Assembly: GCA_046296715.1 (NCBI GenBank)
Contig: JBKBIN010000025.1
Location: 1 to 19,902 of the forward strand
Length of the DNA stretch: 19,902 bases
DNA from: Candidatus Ratteibacteria bacterium
Lineage (GTDB): Bacteria > Ratteibacteria > UBA8468 > B48-G9 > JAFGKM01
Direction of reading: 5' to 3'
The position numbers and the translations under genes were made by a program. A model generated the notes under the pieces. That model was not told the DNA's origin. It did no database searches and saw nothing but the letters and a program-made list of their open reading frames with translations. Positions 1 through 12,422 of this stretch are shown here, piece by piece. The stretch's first letter is position 1. Every line of letters begins with the position of its first letter.

Positions 1-2568
<2,568 letters not shown>

Positions 2569-2569
2569 A

Positions 2570-3463
2570 ATGAGAACTGGATATGTAACAATTTTAGGAA
2601 GACCAAATGTAGGTAAATCAACTTTAATAAATACAATTTTAAAACAAAAAATCTCTATTGTTTCACCAAAGCCAGCAACTACAAGAATAAAAGTTATGGG
2701 GATTTATAATGATGAGAAAGGTCAAATTATTTTTATAGATACTCCAGGATTTGAAGAAGGAAAAAATGAAATGGGAAAATTTATGTTAAAATCAATTTAT
2801 TCTTCACTTGACGAAACAGATATTATTCTTTTTCTGATAGAGGCAACTGGTTGGAAGGAAGAAGACGAAAAAATTTTAGAGGTTCTTAAGAAGTCAGACA
2901 AAAAGAATGTTATTCTTGGGATAAATAAAATAGACATCCTAAGATATAAAGAAGAACTATTACCTTTAATTGATGAGAGTATGAAGAAATTTAATTTTAT
3001 TGAAGTTGTCCCATTTTCTGCTTTAAAAAATAAAAATATTGACTCATTGATAAAAGCAATTTTTACCCATTTGCCTGAGTCAGAAAGATTTTATCCATTA
3101 GATATGACAACAAATTTACCATTTGAATATCAGATCTCTGAAATTGTAAGAGAAAAAATATTACAGAAAACATATGAAGAAGTCCCTCACTCTGTTGCTG
3201 TTGAAATAGAAGAAATAAAAGAGGGAGAAAAAAATAAAAATGTTTTAGTTATAAAAGCAAATATAATCGTTGATAGAGAAAATTTAAAGTCAATAATTAT
3301 AGGTAAAGATGGAAAGATGATAAAAACAATTGGAAAACTTGCAAGAGAAGAAATAGAATTGATAGTTGGGAAAAAAGTATATCTTGAATTGACTGTTAAA
3401 GTTATAGAAGACTGGAGAAACAAGGTTGATGTTTTCAGAAAATTTGGTTATGGAAATATTTAA
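2570..3463 (+). CDS. era: GTPase Era
   Basis: GRPNVGKS, DTPG, NKID, EVPHS and KH-like IIGKDG...LELTVKV..DW. Start placed at ATG 2570 (GGAGG SD upstream) rather than 2543. Confidence 0.97.
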   Translation: MRTGYVTILGRPNVGKSTLINTILKQKISIVSPKPATTRIKVMGIYNDEKGQIIFIDTPGFEEGKNEMGKFMLKSIYSSLDETDIILFLIEATGWKEEDEKILEVLKKSDKKNVILGINKIDILRYKEELLPLIDESMKKFNFIEVVPFSALKNKNIDSLIKAIFTHLPESERFYPLDMTTNLPFEYQISEIVREKILQKTYEEVPHSVAVEIEEIKEGEKNKNVLVIKANIIVDRENLKSIIIGKDGKMIKTIGKLAREEIELIVGKKVYLELTVKVIEDWRNKVDVFRKFGYGNI

Positions 3464-3506
3464 TTATTTTCTATTTGTCTTTTAAAAACTGGTTTTTCAA
3501 TTTTTG

Positions 3507-4352
3507 TTAGATTTCTAAAGATTTTTGTAAGAATAGGGGGAGGGTAAATATAGATTTTTGTAATTCTGGTGTGTAAAATTTCAATTTTTTATTTATTCTT
3601 TTTGTAGGTTTTTCATCAATTTTTATATTTCCTTTAATTCCAACAATAAATACCCAATTAGATAAAAGACCAAAGGCAGGCGATGAGTAAATTTTTATAA
3701 TTTTGAAAATCTTTTTTAAGTCATTATAAAGTTTTTTAATTCTATCATTATGTAAGAAGATGCAAGTGCCACCTTGAGTTACATAGATTCCATCTTTATT
3801 AAGATGTTCATAACACAATTTATAAAATTCTTCAGTATATAAAGAACAAGAAGCATTTTCTCCAGGATCTGTAGCATCAATAATTATTACATCGTATATT
3901 TGATCGGTTTGTTTGAGAAATTTAAATCCATCTTCAATAATTATTTCTGCTTTTTTATTTTTAAACGCACCTTTATCAAATTTTAAATATCTTTTTGCAA
4001 TCTCTATCATTTCTTTATCAATGTCAACCATTTGAACTTTTTTTACAGGATGTTTTAAAACTTCTCTTAAAGTTGCACCTTCTCCTCCACCAACTATTAA
4101 AACATTTTCAGGATCGGGATGAGAAAACATTGCAGGATGGACCAATAACTCATGATAACTCTCTTCGCCCTTTTCAATTGACTGAATTAAGTTATCAATA
4201 AAAAGAACCTTTCCAAAATTAGTAGTTTGATAAACTTCAATTTTTTGAAATTTTGTTTTTTTCTCAACCAATTTTTTCTTAACTTTTAAAGCAATTCCTA
4301 TTTCATAAGGTTTATACCAATCAACAACTATATTATTAAAATTTTTCTGCAT
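3507..4352 (-). CDS. speE: Polyamine aminopropyltransferase (spermidine synthase)
   Basis: KTKFQKI, FGKVLFID..IQS, YHELLVHP, LIVGGGEGATLREVLKH, IIDATDP. ATG at 4352 has AGAGGA upstream and overlaps the speD stop. Confidence 0.93.
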   Translation of the reverse strand: MQKNFNNIVVDWYKPYEIGIALKVKKKLVEKKTKFQKIEVYQTTNFGKVLFIDNLIQSIEKGEESYHELLVHPAMFSHPDPENVLIVGGGEGATLREVLKHPVKKVQMVDIDKEMIEIAKRYLKFDKGAFKNKKAEIIIEDGFKFLKQTDQIYDVIIIDATDPGENASCSLYTEEFYKLCYEHLNKDGIYVTQGGTCIFLHNDRIKKLYNDLKKIFKIIKIYSSPAFGLLSNWVFIVGIKGNIKIDEKPTKRINKKLKFYTPELQKSIFTLPLFLQKSLEI

Positions 4353-4719
4353 ATATTCCTCTTTCAATTTTCAGTATAGATGGTTTTTGGCTTTTTAATG
4401 CTTTAATAATAAAATCTGCTGCAATTTCCGGTAGAGTTTTATTTCCACAAGTATATATATCTACTCCTACATACTTTTTCTCAGGCCAAGTGTGAATACT
4501 TATATGACTTTCAGAAATTAAAGCAAAACCACTTATTCCATATGGAGAAAATTTATGAACTTTTATATCTATCAAAGTAGCATTTGCTTTCTCAACTGAA
4601 ATTTTTAAAATTTTTTCAATTTCTTCAACAGAGTTTAAAGTTGATATATTTGAACAGTCATAAAGATCTAAAATAATATGAACACCTTTTGGAGGAACTG
4701 TGTGTAAAGTTTTTTTCAT
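4336..4719 (-). CDS. speD: S-adenosylmethionine decarboxylase proenzyme (pyruvoyl-dependent, class 1B)
   Basis: HKFSPYGISG, ISESHISIHTWPE autocleavage motif, DIYTCG. AGGAGG SD before GTG(4722)/ATG(4719); coupled to speE. Confidence 0.92.
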   Translation of the reverse strand: MKKTLHTVPPKGVHIILDLYDCSNISTLNSVEEIEKILKISVEKANATLIDIKVHKFSPYGISGFALISESHISIHTWPEKKYVGVDIYTCGNKTLPEIAADFIIKALKSQKPSILKIERGIYAEKF

Positions 4720-4741
4720 CACTCCCTCCTTCTTTCCTCAT
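4658..4741 (-). CDS. Candidate upstream overlapping ORF / leader peptide (27 aa, MRKEGGSDEKNFTHSSSKRCSYYFRSL), out of frame with speD
   Basis: Minus strand reads AAAGGAGGTGAAAA-ATG at 4741 and is open to TGA at 4660-4658, covering the speD SD and start. Translation is inferred from the SD only. Confidence 0.4.
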   Translation of the reverse strand: MRKEGGSDEKNFTHSSSKRCSYYFRSL

Positions 4742-4774
4742 TTTTCACCTCCTTTCCTAAAAAAACATATATAT

Positions 4775-4802
4775 ATTATAAAAAATTTTTGAAAATTGTA
4801 AA
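4775..4802 (-). promoter_or_regulatory. Putative sigma70 promoter of the speD-speE operon
   Basis: Minus strand TTTACA (4802-4797), 16 bp, TATAAT (4780-4775). Confidence 0.55.
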
Positions 4803-4819
4803 ATCAAGATATTAAAAAA

Positions 4820-5249
4820 TTATTTATGCAAAAGAACTTCTATATTTTTCAATAAGTGAATAATTTTGTTTACACAAGGATCAAGATAATTTTTAAGAGA
4901 ATCAGAAACATCTCCATAACCTTTTAGTCGCTTGCTTTCTATTTCACATACCATTTCCCAGAGTGACGAAACTCTACTTGAGATAAGAGATTTTGTTTCG
5001 TATCTTTTACTTTTTATATTCAACACTTTTGCTATATCTTTTATTAAATTTTTTATTTCATTTGTTTTTTTTTAACACATTCTCTTTTTCTTTCTCATTC
5101 ATATTATTGGACACTTCATATAAAATACTTCTTTTATCTTCAGTTTTGCATAATTCTTCTATTTCATCTATCATTTCGTTGAGAATTAAAAGAACTGAAG
5201 ATATAGAATTTTTTTGTGCAACTGTAATTTTTATTTCTTTTCTTTCCAT
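4820..5249 (-). pseudogene. Hypothetical alpha-helical protein (~142 aa when repaired, RLKGYG motif) split by +1 A in an A9 run
   Basis: ORFs 5058-5249 and 4820-5026 join seamlessly (..ENVLKKTNEIKNLIKDIAKVLNIKSK..) if the T9 run at 5065-5073 is T8. Confidence 0.7.
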
Positions 5250-5288
5250 ATATCATTCTTATTTATTTAAATATATCCTTTAAAATCT

Positions 5289-5885
5289 TTATATCCATTC
5301 ATTAGTAAATTTTCTATTCTCACAAAAAACAAATTGAATATCAGGGAAACTAACAACTGCTATTACTTCTCCATTTTTTAAAAGTCCATAATCACCACAT
5401 GGTAAGTTTCCCTTTTTTACTATTGCTTTTTCAAATTTGTGAGGATATCTTTCTCTTATGTCCTGTATTACTTCAAATGTCATTTCTTTTCCTCCCTTAG
5501 GGATATAAGTGCCTTTCCTTCTTATTTTTGCCGATGACTGAGTAATCCAAAATATCTGTTCATAAAATTTTCCAGGTCTTTTTTTGTATTCCTTTTTAAG
5601 GAATAAAAACCAGCATCTTTTCTTTATCTTTCTGTCCAGAATAATCTCTAATTTTTTTCCATACTGTTTTTTTGATTTTATAAAGCAACTTTCAATAGGT
5701 TCAGAAACAGGAAGTTGTTTTTCATCAAAGTGTCCTTTCCTAAGGCAATAGATTTGTTTATTTGGAACAGGCCGTCTTTCTTGAACATCAAGGCATAAAA
5801 AATAGGATGGATATTTTTCAACGTAGGGTTTGTAAGGAAATTTATTACTGGAATTAGAAAATATCAGCCATCTTAACTTTTCCAT
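5289..5885 (-). pseudogene. Degenerate ERCC4/XPF-like nuclease-domain protein with an apparent internal deletion
   Basis: ATG 5885 has a GAGGG SD. EVIQDIRERYP and LPCGDYGL....IAVV match ERCC4 motifs (D.RE, GDY), but the expected ERKx3D catalytic segment is absent and the ORF jumps to FPDIQFVFCENRK..EW. A second in-frame TAA follows at 5282-5280. Confidence 0.62.
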
Positions 5886-5997
5886 TTTTCCCTCTATGTT
5901 ATTTTGCATGCAAATTAACAATATATTATAATATCATATTTCTCTTTTCAAAAAAGTTTAAAGGATTAAAATATAAATTAAAAAAGGAAGTGAAAAT

Positions 5998-6597
5998 ATG
6001 ATAGATATTCTAATTTTCCTCGTCTTTTTCTTTTTTTCTGTTGTTGTTCATGAGGTTTCACACGGATATGTTGCTTTAAAAAATGGAGATCCAACAGCAA
6101 AATATATGGGTCGTTTAACTTTAAATCCACTTCCTCATATAGATCCTATTGGAACACTACTTCTTCCTTTTTTACTTATTGTTTTGCGTTTTCCCATTTT
6201 AATAGGTATTGCTAAACCTGTTCCAATAAATCCATATTATTTCAGAAATTATAAACTTGGAATGATAACTGTTGGAATTTTAGGCCCATTGAGTAATATT
6301 TTACTTGGTATTTTTTTCGCTTTCCTTTATAAAATTTTTCCATCAAGTTTAATCAGTGAATATTTAAAAATGGGAAGTTTTATAAATTTTATTCTTGCTT
6401 TTTTCAACCTAATCCCAATCCCACCTCTTGATGGTTCAAGAGTTGTTGCTGTTTTATTGCCCCGTAGTTTAGCGATCGGATATGAAAGGATTGAAAGATA
6501 CGGAATATTCATAATTCTTTTTTTAGCAATGGCTGGTTTTTTAAATTGGCTTTCAATTTTAAGTAGAACATTCACAAGTTTTCTTATTAATCTTTAA
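5998..6597 (+). CDS. Site-2 protease family (peptidase M50) membrane zinc metalloprotease
   Basis: HEVSH, GDPTAK..GRLTLNPLPHIDP, AKPVP, FNLIPIPPLDG; hydrophobic segments. Confidence 0.93.
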   Translation: MIDILIFLVFFFFSVVVHEVSHGYVALKNGDPTAKYMGRLTLNPLPHIDPIGTLLLPFLLIVLRFPILIGIAKPVPINPYYFRNYKLGMITVGILGPLSNILLGIFFAFLYKIFPSSLISEYLKMGSFINFILAFFNLIPIPPLDGSRVVAVLLPRSLAIGYERIERYGIFIILFLAMAGFLNWLSILSRTFTSFLINL

Positions 6598-6642
6598 AAT
6601 AAAACCTATTACTCGGTATAATTTTAAAAAAGGAGGTTTCTT

Positions 6643-6915
6643 ATGAAATTTAACATTATTGTAAGTTTTTTTTCGGAAATGGGATGGCAAGCACTTGGCA
6701 AAATTCCAAATCCTGTTTCAGGTAAAATTGAAAAAAATTTAGAGATGGCAAAACAGATAATTGAACTTCTTGATATATTGAAAGAAAAAACAAATGGAAA
6801 TTTGACTGATGAGGAGAATAGATTTTTAAACACCACAATCACTGATTTAAAATTGAATTATGTAGAAGAAATATCCAAAGAGAAAAAAGAAGATGAACCA
6901 AAAGATAAAATCTAA
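6643..6915 (+). CDS. DUF1844-like conserved hypothetical protein
   Basis: AGGAGG SD; LGKIPNPVSGK...AKQIIELL..LKEKTNGNLTDEE..L...L..NYV pattern typical of this family (from memory). Confidence 0.8.
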   Translation: MKFNIIVSFFSEMGWQALGKIPNPVSGKIEKNLEMAKQIIELLDILKEKTNGNLTDEENRFLNTTITDLKLNYVEEISKEKKEDEPKDKI

Positions 6916-8353
6916 GTTGAAGAATTTACCTGATTGTCCTGGTGTATATTTGATGAAAAATAAAGAAGGAGAAGTAATTTATGTAGGTAAAGCATCGTCC
7001 TTATCAAAAAGAGTTCGTTCATATTTTACTTCTTCAGGAAATAATACAAAAGTTCTTCTTCTATCTGAAAAAATTTATGATTTTGAAGTTATACCTGTTT
7101 TTTCAGAAGCAGAAGCACTTATCCTTGAAAACCAACTGATAAAAAAATACCAACCAAAATATAATACAAATTTAAAAGATGATAAAAGTTATCCTTTACT
7201 TAAAATTACAAAGGAAGATTTCCCATCAATCCAAATAGTTAGAGAAGAAAAGCAAGATAACGCAATTTATTTCGGGCCATTTACAAATAAAAAACTTTTA
7301 AAAGAAACACTAAGATTTTTAAGAAAATTTTATCCAGTTAGAAATTGCAAAAAAGATATTTCCTCACAGAAAGTCAGATTGTGTATTCAGTATCATATAG
7401 GAAGATGTTCTGGACCATGTGAAGGGAAAATTAATAAAGAAGAGTATCAAAAACTTGTTGAGGGGATTATTGCTTTTTTTGAAGGTAAATATAAAGAATT
7501 TGAAAAAAAATTGAAAAAATGGATGCTTGAAGAGATAAATAAATTGAATTTTGAACAAGCAGATAAAATAAAAAAAAGGTTGTTTTTGCTAAGTGAAATG
7601 GCAAAAAAATTTCCAATAAGAGATGAGGAAGAATTATACAAATACGGAGAAGAAAATATCTTATTTAATTTATCAAAAATTCTAAAGTTAAACAAAGTGC
7701 CAAATCATATAGAAGGATATGATATTTCAAATATTTCTGGCAAACTTGCAGTCGGAAGTAAAGTTTCTTTTATAGCAGGCATTCCATTTAAAGATTACTA
7801 CAGAAAATACAAAATAAAAACAGTTGAAGGGATTGATGATTATAGTATGCTTAGAGAAGTTCTAATAAGAAGATTTGATAGTGAACAAGAAAGGGAACAA
7901 ATCCCAGATTTAATTCTTGTAGATGGTGGAAAAGGACAGTTAAATGCAGCAATTTCTGTTTTAAAGGAATATAACTTAAAAATTCCTGTTATTTCACTTG
8001 CAAAAAAAAAAGAAAAAATTTTTGTTGAATGGCAAGAACAACCTATAATTTTACCTCCTTCCTCTCCTGAATTACAGTTATTACAAAGAATTAGAAATGA
8101 AGCTCATAGATTTGCTATTTCCTATCATAGAAATATAAGAATTAAAAATTTAAAATTTTCTTTTCTTGACGAGATAGATGGTGTTGGAGAAAAGACAAAA
8201 AAGAAGATTATTACAAACTTTCCTGATTTAGAAATGATTGCAAATTTGGATCTAACTGAGATTAAAAAATTGGGAATAAATGAAAAGGTAGCAAAGAAAA
8301 TTATTGAAAAAGCAAAGGAGGTGATTAGTAATGAAAAAAGAAAGAATTTATGA
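6893..8353 (+). CDS. uvrC: Excinuclease ABC subunit C (compact form)
   Basis: GIY-YIG domain (PGVYLM..YVGKA..L.KRVRSYF), KDDKSYP, Cys cluster, IEGYDISN, DDY.M, PDLILVDGGKGQL, RNEAHRFA, HhH GVG. Confidence 0.96.
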   Translation: MNQKIKSKLKNLPDCPGVYLMKNKEGEVIYVGKASSLSKRVRSYFTSSGNNTKVLLLSEKIYDFEVIPVFSEAEALILENQLIKKYQPKYNTNLKDDKSYPLLKITKEDFPSIQIVREEKQDNAIYFGPFTNKKLLKETLRFLRKFYPVRNCKKDISSQKVRLCIQYHIGRCSGPCEGKINKEEYQKLVEGIIAFFEGKYKEFEKKLKKWMLEEINKLNFEQADKIKKRLFLLSEMAKKFPIRDEEELYKYGEENILFNLSKILKLNKVPNHIEGYDISNISGKLAVGSKVSFIAGIPFKDYYRKYKIKTVEGIDDYSMLREVLIRRFDSEQEREQIPDLILVDGGKGQLNAAISVLKEYNLKIPVISLAKKKEKIFVEWQEQPIILPPSSPELQLLQRIRNEAHRFAISYHRNIRIKNLKFSFLDEIDGVGEKTKKKIITNFPDLEMIANLDLTEIKKLGINEKVAKKIIEKAKEVISNEKRKNL

Positions 8354-8591
8354 AAAGTTTTTAAATTTTAGTATAGGGAGTGTTTATTTCATTTTAAAAA
8401 TTTTAAAAAAAATTATAGAAGAAATTGGGGAAGAAGGAGAAAAACATTCTGAATTAATTAAAAATATAAAACAGAAGATTGTAAAATTTGAAAAAATGCC
8501 AAAAAATCTTATTATAGAGTTTTTAAAATCATGTAATTTTGTCACAAAACAAGACCTTGAAAAGTTTAAAGAGGAAATAAAAAATGGTTAA
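8331..8591 (+). CDS. Small hypothetical protein, weakly phasin/PHA-regulator-like coiled coil
   Basis: AAGGAGGTG SD; overlaps both uvrC and obgE; IG...EEGE...FVTKQDLE pattern. The family guess is tentative. Confidence 0.6.
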   Translation: MKKERIYEKFLNFSIGSVYFILKILKKIIEEIGEEGEKHSELIKNIKQKIVKFEKMPKNLIIEFLKSCNFVTKQDLEKFKEEIKNG

Positions 8592-9573
8592 GTTTGTTGA
8601 TGAAGCGGAAATATATGTAAAAAGTGGAAAAGGTGGAGATGGTTGTATTGCCTTTAGAAGAGAAAGAGGGATTCCGAAAGGAGGTCCGTGGGGTGGAGAT
8701 GGCGGAAAAGGTGGAGATGTGATTTTTAAAGCAGTGAGAAATAAAAAAACACTTGTTGATTTTCATTTTCAAAAACATTTTTATGCTGAAAATGGTAAAC
8801 CAGGAAGTAGTAATAATAAAAAAGGGAAAGATGGAGAAGATTTAATTATTTATGTTCCATTAGGCACGATTGTAAAAGAGATTGTAAATGGAGAAGAAAA
8901 AGTTTTAGGAGACCTTATTGATGAAGGCGCAAGTTTAATTGTTGCAAAAGGAGGGAAAGGAGGGCTTGGAAATACACATTTTAAATCATCTACTAATCAA
9001 ACACCATACATTGCAACAAAAGGTGAGCCAGGAGAAGCAAAAAGAATAAAACTTGAATTAAAAATTATTGCTGATGTTGGAATTATTGGTTATCCAAATA
9101 CTGGAAAAAGTACACTTTTATCTAAAATTTCAAGAGCAAAACCTAAAATTGCTGACTATCCTTTTACAACTATTGAACCAAACCTTGGACTTGTTGACCT
9201 TGGAGATTATAGGAGTTTCGTTGTTGCTGATATTCCAGGTCTAATTGAAGGTGCTTCAAAGGGAAAAGGACTTGGAATTAAGTTTTTAAAACATATAGAA
9301 AGGACAAAAATCCTTATTCATCTTTTAGATTTAACTGAAAATGATATAATAAATAGGTATAAAAGTATTAGGAAAGAGTTAGAAAATTATAGTCCTGTAC
9401 TTGTTGAAAAAAAAGAGATAGTTGTAGGAAATAAAATAGACCTTGAACAAAGTAGAAAAAATATGGAAAAAGCAAAAAATTACTTTAAAGAGATATATTT
9501 TATTTCTGCGTTGACTGGACAAGGGATAAAACAACTTCTTGAAAGAATTTGGGAGGAATTAAAAAATGATTAA
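8584..9573 (+). CDS. obgE: GTPase ObgE/CgtA
   Basis: FVDEA...GKGGDG..AFRRE..PKGGP.GGDGG Gly-rich Obg domain; [26 protein letters not shown]. Confidence 0.97.
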   Translation: MVKFVDEAEIYVKSGKGGDGCIAFRRERGIPKGGPWGGDGGKGGDVIFKAVRNKKTLVDFHFQKHFYAENGKPGSSNNKKGKDGEDLIIYVPLGTIVKEIVNGEEKVLGDLIDEGASLIVAKGGKGGLGNTHFKSSTNQTPYIATKGEPGEAKRIKLELKIIADVGIIGYPNTGKSTLLSKISRAKPKIADYPFTTIEPNLGLVDLGDYRSFVVADIPGLIEGASKGKGLGIKFLKHIERTKILIHLLDLTENDIINRYKSIRKELENYSPVLVEKKEIVVGNKIDLEQSRKNMEKAKNYFKEIYFISALTGQGIKQLLERIWEELKND

Positions 9574-10648
9574 GGTTATTGAAGAATTTAATCAGATTAA
9601 AAATTACTGGAATGACTTAAAAGACAAATTCAAAATTGAAGAAGATTTGAAAAATTTTGAATTACTTGAAAAACAGATGCATGAAAAAGGATTTCTTGAT
9701 GATAAAAATAAAATAGAATTATGGAATTCTTTGAAGGAAAAAAAGGAAATTGTTGATAAAATTGAAAAGGATATAAAAGAAGCAGAGACATTATTTGAGT
9801 TATTACAGGGAAGTTCCGATGAAGAACTTGAAAGAGAAAGTGAGGAAATATTGAGTAGGCTAAATGAAAATATAAAAAAAATCAAATTTGCATATATATG
9901 GAAGGAAGAAGATGGAAATAACGCAATAATAACATTACATTCAGGAACTGGTGGGACAGAAGCATGTGATTGGGTAAGTATGTTATGGAGAATGTATAGT
10001 AAATGGGCAGCAAAGAAAGGATATGATGTAAAAGTAATTGATTTTTTACCTGGTGAGGAAGCGGGCTTAAAAAGAATAACAGCGATAATTTCTGGGAAAA
10101 ATGCTTATGGATATCTAAAAGGAGAAACAGGTGTTCATCGGCTTGTAAGAATATCTCCTTTTGATGCAAATAGAAGAAGACATACAAGTTTTGCAGGAGT
10201 AAGTGTAATTCCAGAAATAAAAGATGATATAAAGGTTGAAATAAAAGATGAGGATATAGAAATAGAAACTTTTAGAGCAGGTGGTCATGGAGGACAGAAT
10301 GTAAATAAAGTTGAAACAGCAGTAAGAATAAGACATAAACCAACAGGGATTGTCGTTCAATGTCAAAATGAAAGAAGTCAGTTTAAAAATAGAGAGATCG
10401 CAATGAAAATACTAAAAAGCAGATTATATCAACTATATCTTGAAGAAAAAAAGAAAAAAGAAAAAGAAAGAAGAAGCCAAGAGAAAGAAATAACATGGGG
10501 AAGTCAGATAAGGTCTTATATTTTCTGTCCATATACACTTGTAAAAGACCATAGAACAGAGGTTGAGACATCTAATGTTGAAGGTGTTATGGATGGCGAT
10601 ATTGATGAATTTTTAGAGGCAGAAATAGAATGGTTAGCAAAAAGATAA
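9566..10648 (+). CDS. prfB: Peptide chain release factor 2 (continuous ORF)
   Basis: [18 protein letters not shown] (SPF specificity motif), [17 protein letters not shown]. Confidence 0.96.
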   Translation: MIKVIEEFNQIKNYWNDLKDKFKIEEDLKNFELLEKQMHEKGFLDDKNKIELWNSLKEKKEIVDKIEKDIKEAETLFELLQGSSDEELERESEEILSRLNENIKKIKFAYIWKEEDGNNAIITLHSGTGGTEACDWVSMLWRMYSKWAAKKGYDVKVIDFLPGEEAGLKRITAIISGKNAYGYLKGETGVHRLVRISPFDANRRRHTSFAGVSVIPEIKDDIKVEIKDEDIEIETFRAGGHGGQNVNKVETAVRIRHKPTGIVVQCQNERSQFKNREIAMKILKSRLYQLYLEEKKKKEKERRSQEKEITWGSQIRSYIFCPYTLVKDHRTEVETSNVEGVMDGDIDEFLEAEIEWLAKR

Positions 10649-11253
10649 AAGTTCTTATAAGTGCAGGTCCAACAAGAGAATATATAGATCCAATAAGATT
10701 TATAAGTAATCCATCTTCTGGAAAAATGGGTTTTTTAATAGCTGAATATGCAAAAAAAATTGGACTTGATGTAATTCTTGTCAGTGGACCAACACACTTA
10801 AACTCACCTGAAGGAGTGAAAATAATAAAAGTTGAGACAGCAAAACAAATGCAGAAAGAGATTTTAAAAAATTTCCCCAAAGTTGATTTGCTTATAATGG
10901 CAGCAGCAGTTAGTGATTGGAGACCATATAGAAAATTTAAAACCAAAATAAAGAGGAAAAAGCAGTGGCTTCTTAAACTTGTTCCAAATCCAGATATCCT
11001 GAAAAGTGTATCTAAAATAAAAAAAGAAAATCAGAAGATAGTTGGTTTTGCATTAGAGACAGATAATATACTTGAAAATGCAAAGAAAAAGTTAAAAGAA
11101 AAAAAACTGGATCTTATTATAGGTAATACACCTGACTTTTTTGGAGAGGGGAAAAAATCAGATGTTTTTTTTATATTTAAGAATGGAAAAGTATTAAAGT
11201 TTAAAATTAAAAAAGAACAACTTCCTCCCAAAATATTTGAATTAATTCTTTAA
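10630..11253 (+). CDS. coaB: Phosphopantothenate-cysteine ligase (stand-alone CoaB / DFP C-terminal domain)
   Basis: [45 protein letters not shown]; no N-terminal CoaC flavoprotein domain. Confidence 0.9.
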   Translation: MVSKKIKVLISAGPTREYIDPIRFISNPSSGKMGFLIAEYAKKIGLDVILVSGPTHLNSPEGVKIIKVETAKQMQKEILKNFPKVDLLIMAAAVSDWRPYRKFKTKIKRKKQWLLKLVPNPDILKSVSKIKKENQKIVGFALETDNILENAKKKLKEKKLDLIIGNTPDFFGEGKKSDVFFIFKNGKVLKFKIKKEQLPPKIFELIL

Positions 11254-11254
11254 T

Positions 11255-11282
11255 TTTTCATAATCAAAAAATATGATAAAAT
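11255..11282 (+). promoter_or_regulatory. Putative extended -10 promoter for the oxidoreductase/isomerase pair
   Basis: TG-A-TAAAAT (11274-11282) with weak TTTTCA 16 bp upstream; the AT-rich background makes this uncertain. Confidence 0.35.
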
Positions 11283-11306
11283 CAAAAAACTAAAAAGGGA
11301 GTAGAA

Positions 11307-12410
11307 ATGTCAAAAAAAGTGAAAATTGGAATAATAGGGGTTGGACAAATTGGTAAAAAGCATATAGAGAGATATAAAACTATTCAGGATGTAGAGATTG
11401 TTGCAGTTTGCGATATTAATGAAGAAGAAGCAAAGAAAGTTTGTGAAATTTATAACATACCAAAGTTTTACAATGATTTTAGAGAACTCTTGAGGAAAGA
11501 AGATATCGAGGCAGTTGATGTTTGTTTACATAATAATTTACATATGCCAGTTACTGTTGAAGCGTTAAATTGTGGAAAACATGTATATTGTGAAAAACCA
11601 ATGGCAGGTTCTTATATAGATGCATTAACTATGTATGAAACAGCAAAGAGAAATAAAAAACATTTAAGCATTCAACTTTCAACTTTATTTTCAAAAGATA
11701 CAAAAGGTGCAAAAATTTTAATTGAAAAAGGGTATCTTGGAAAAATTTACTATGCAAGAAGCACAGGATATAGAAGATTAGGAAGACCTTTTGTTGATGG
11801 ATATGGTTCAAAATTTTTTGTTCAAAAAGAGATATCTGCTGGTGGTGCTCTTTATGATATGGGTGTTTACCATATTGCAAATTTACTTTATTTAATGGAT
11901 AATCCAGAAGTATTAAGAATAAGTGGAAAAACATATAGTGAACTTGAGATAAATGAAGAGAGAAGGGAAATCAGTGGTTATAATGTAGAAGAACTTGGTA
12001 TTGGATTTGTTAGATTCAAAAATAATATAACAATGGAAGTAGTTGAAGCATGGGCAATACATCTTGACCAATTTGAAAGTTCATATATTGTTGGAAGTGA
12101 AGGAGGTGTTCGTTTAAATCCATTAAGGTATTTTACAAATATTAGTGATTTACCTATGGATGCTACTTTTAATCTTGATATTGCTGATTATAGGTGGCAC
12201 AATGTTTATGAAATTGGGGACGCTTACGATAGTCCACAGCATCACTGGATTGCTGTTTTACAGGGAAGAGTAGAACTTTTACCAACTGCGGAAATTGCTT
12301 TAAATACAATGTTAATTTCAGAAGGAATATATCTATCGGATAAGTTAGGAAGAGAAGTTACATCTGATGAAGTAAAACAAAATTCAAAATCAACTGCTTT
12401 AAAAATATAA
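11307..12410 (+). CDS. Gfo/Idh/MocA family NAD(P)-dependent oxidoreductase
   Basis: [11 protein letters not shown]ossmann motif, [22 protein letters not shown]. Confidence 0.92.
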   Translation: MSKKVKIGIIGVGQIGKKHIERYKTIQDVEIVAVCDINEEEAKKVCEIYNIPKFYNDFRELLRKEDIEAVDVCLHNNLHMPVTVEALNCGKHVYCEKPMAGSYIDALTMYETAKRNKKHLSIQLSTLFSKDTKGAKILIEKGYLGKIYYARSTGYRRLGRPFVDGYGSKFFVQKEISAGGALYDMGVYHIANLLYLMDNPEVLRISGKTYSELEINEERREISGYNVEELGIGFVRFKNNITMEVVEAWAIHLDQFESSYIVGSEGGVRLNPLRYFTNISDLPMDATFNLDIADYRWHNVYEIGDAYDSPQHHWIAVLQGRVELLPTAEIALNTMLISEGIYLSDKLGREVTSDEVKQNSKSTALKI

Positions 12411-12422
12411 AAAGGAGGCAAA

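Noticed and set aside
3484..3497. AAAAAC-TG-GTTTTT dyad between convergent era and speE as a terminator
   Set aside because: The stem is almost all A-T with a 2-nt loop; too weak to call.
4709..4715. A-AAA-AAC -1 slippery heptamer in the speD uORF frame
   Set aside because: A -1 shift enters a frame that stops after about 15 codons; only +1 reaches SpeD.
6593..6622. TATAAT at 6617-6622 as an internal promoter for the uvrC run
   Set aside because: No convincing -35 or TG extension; chance occurrence is likely at this AT content.
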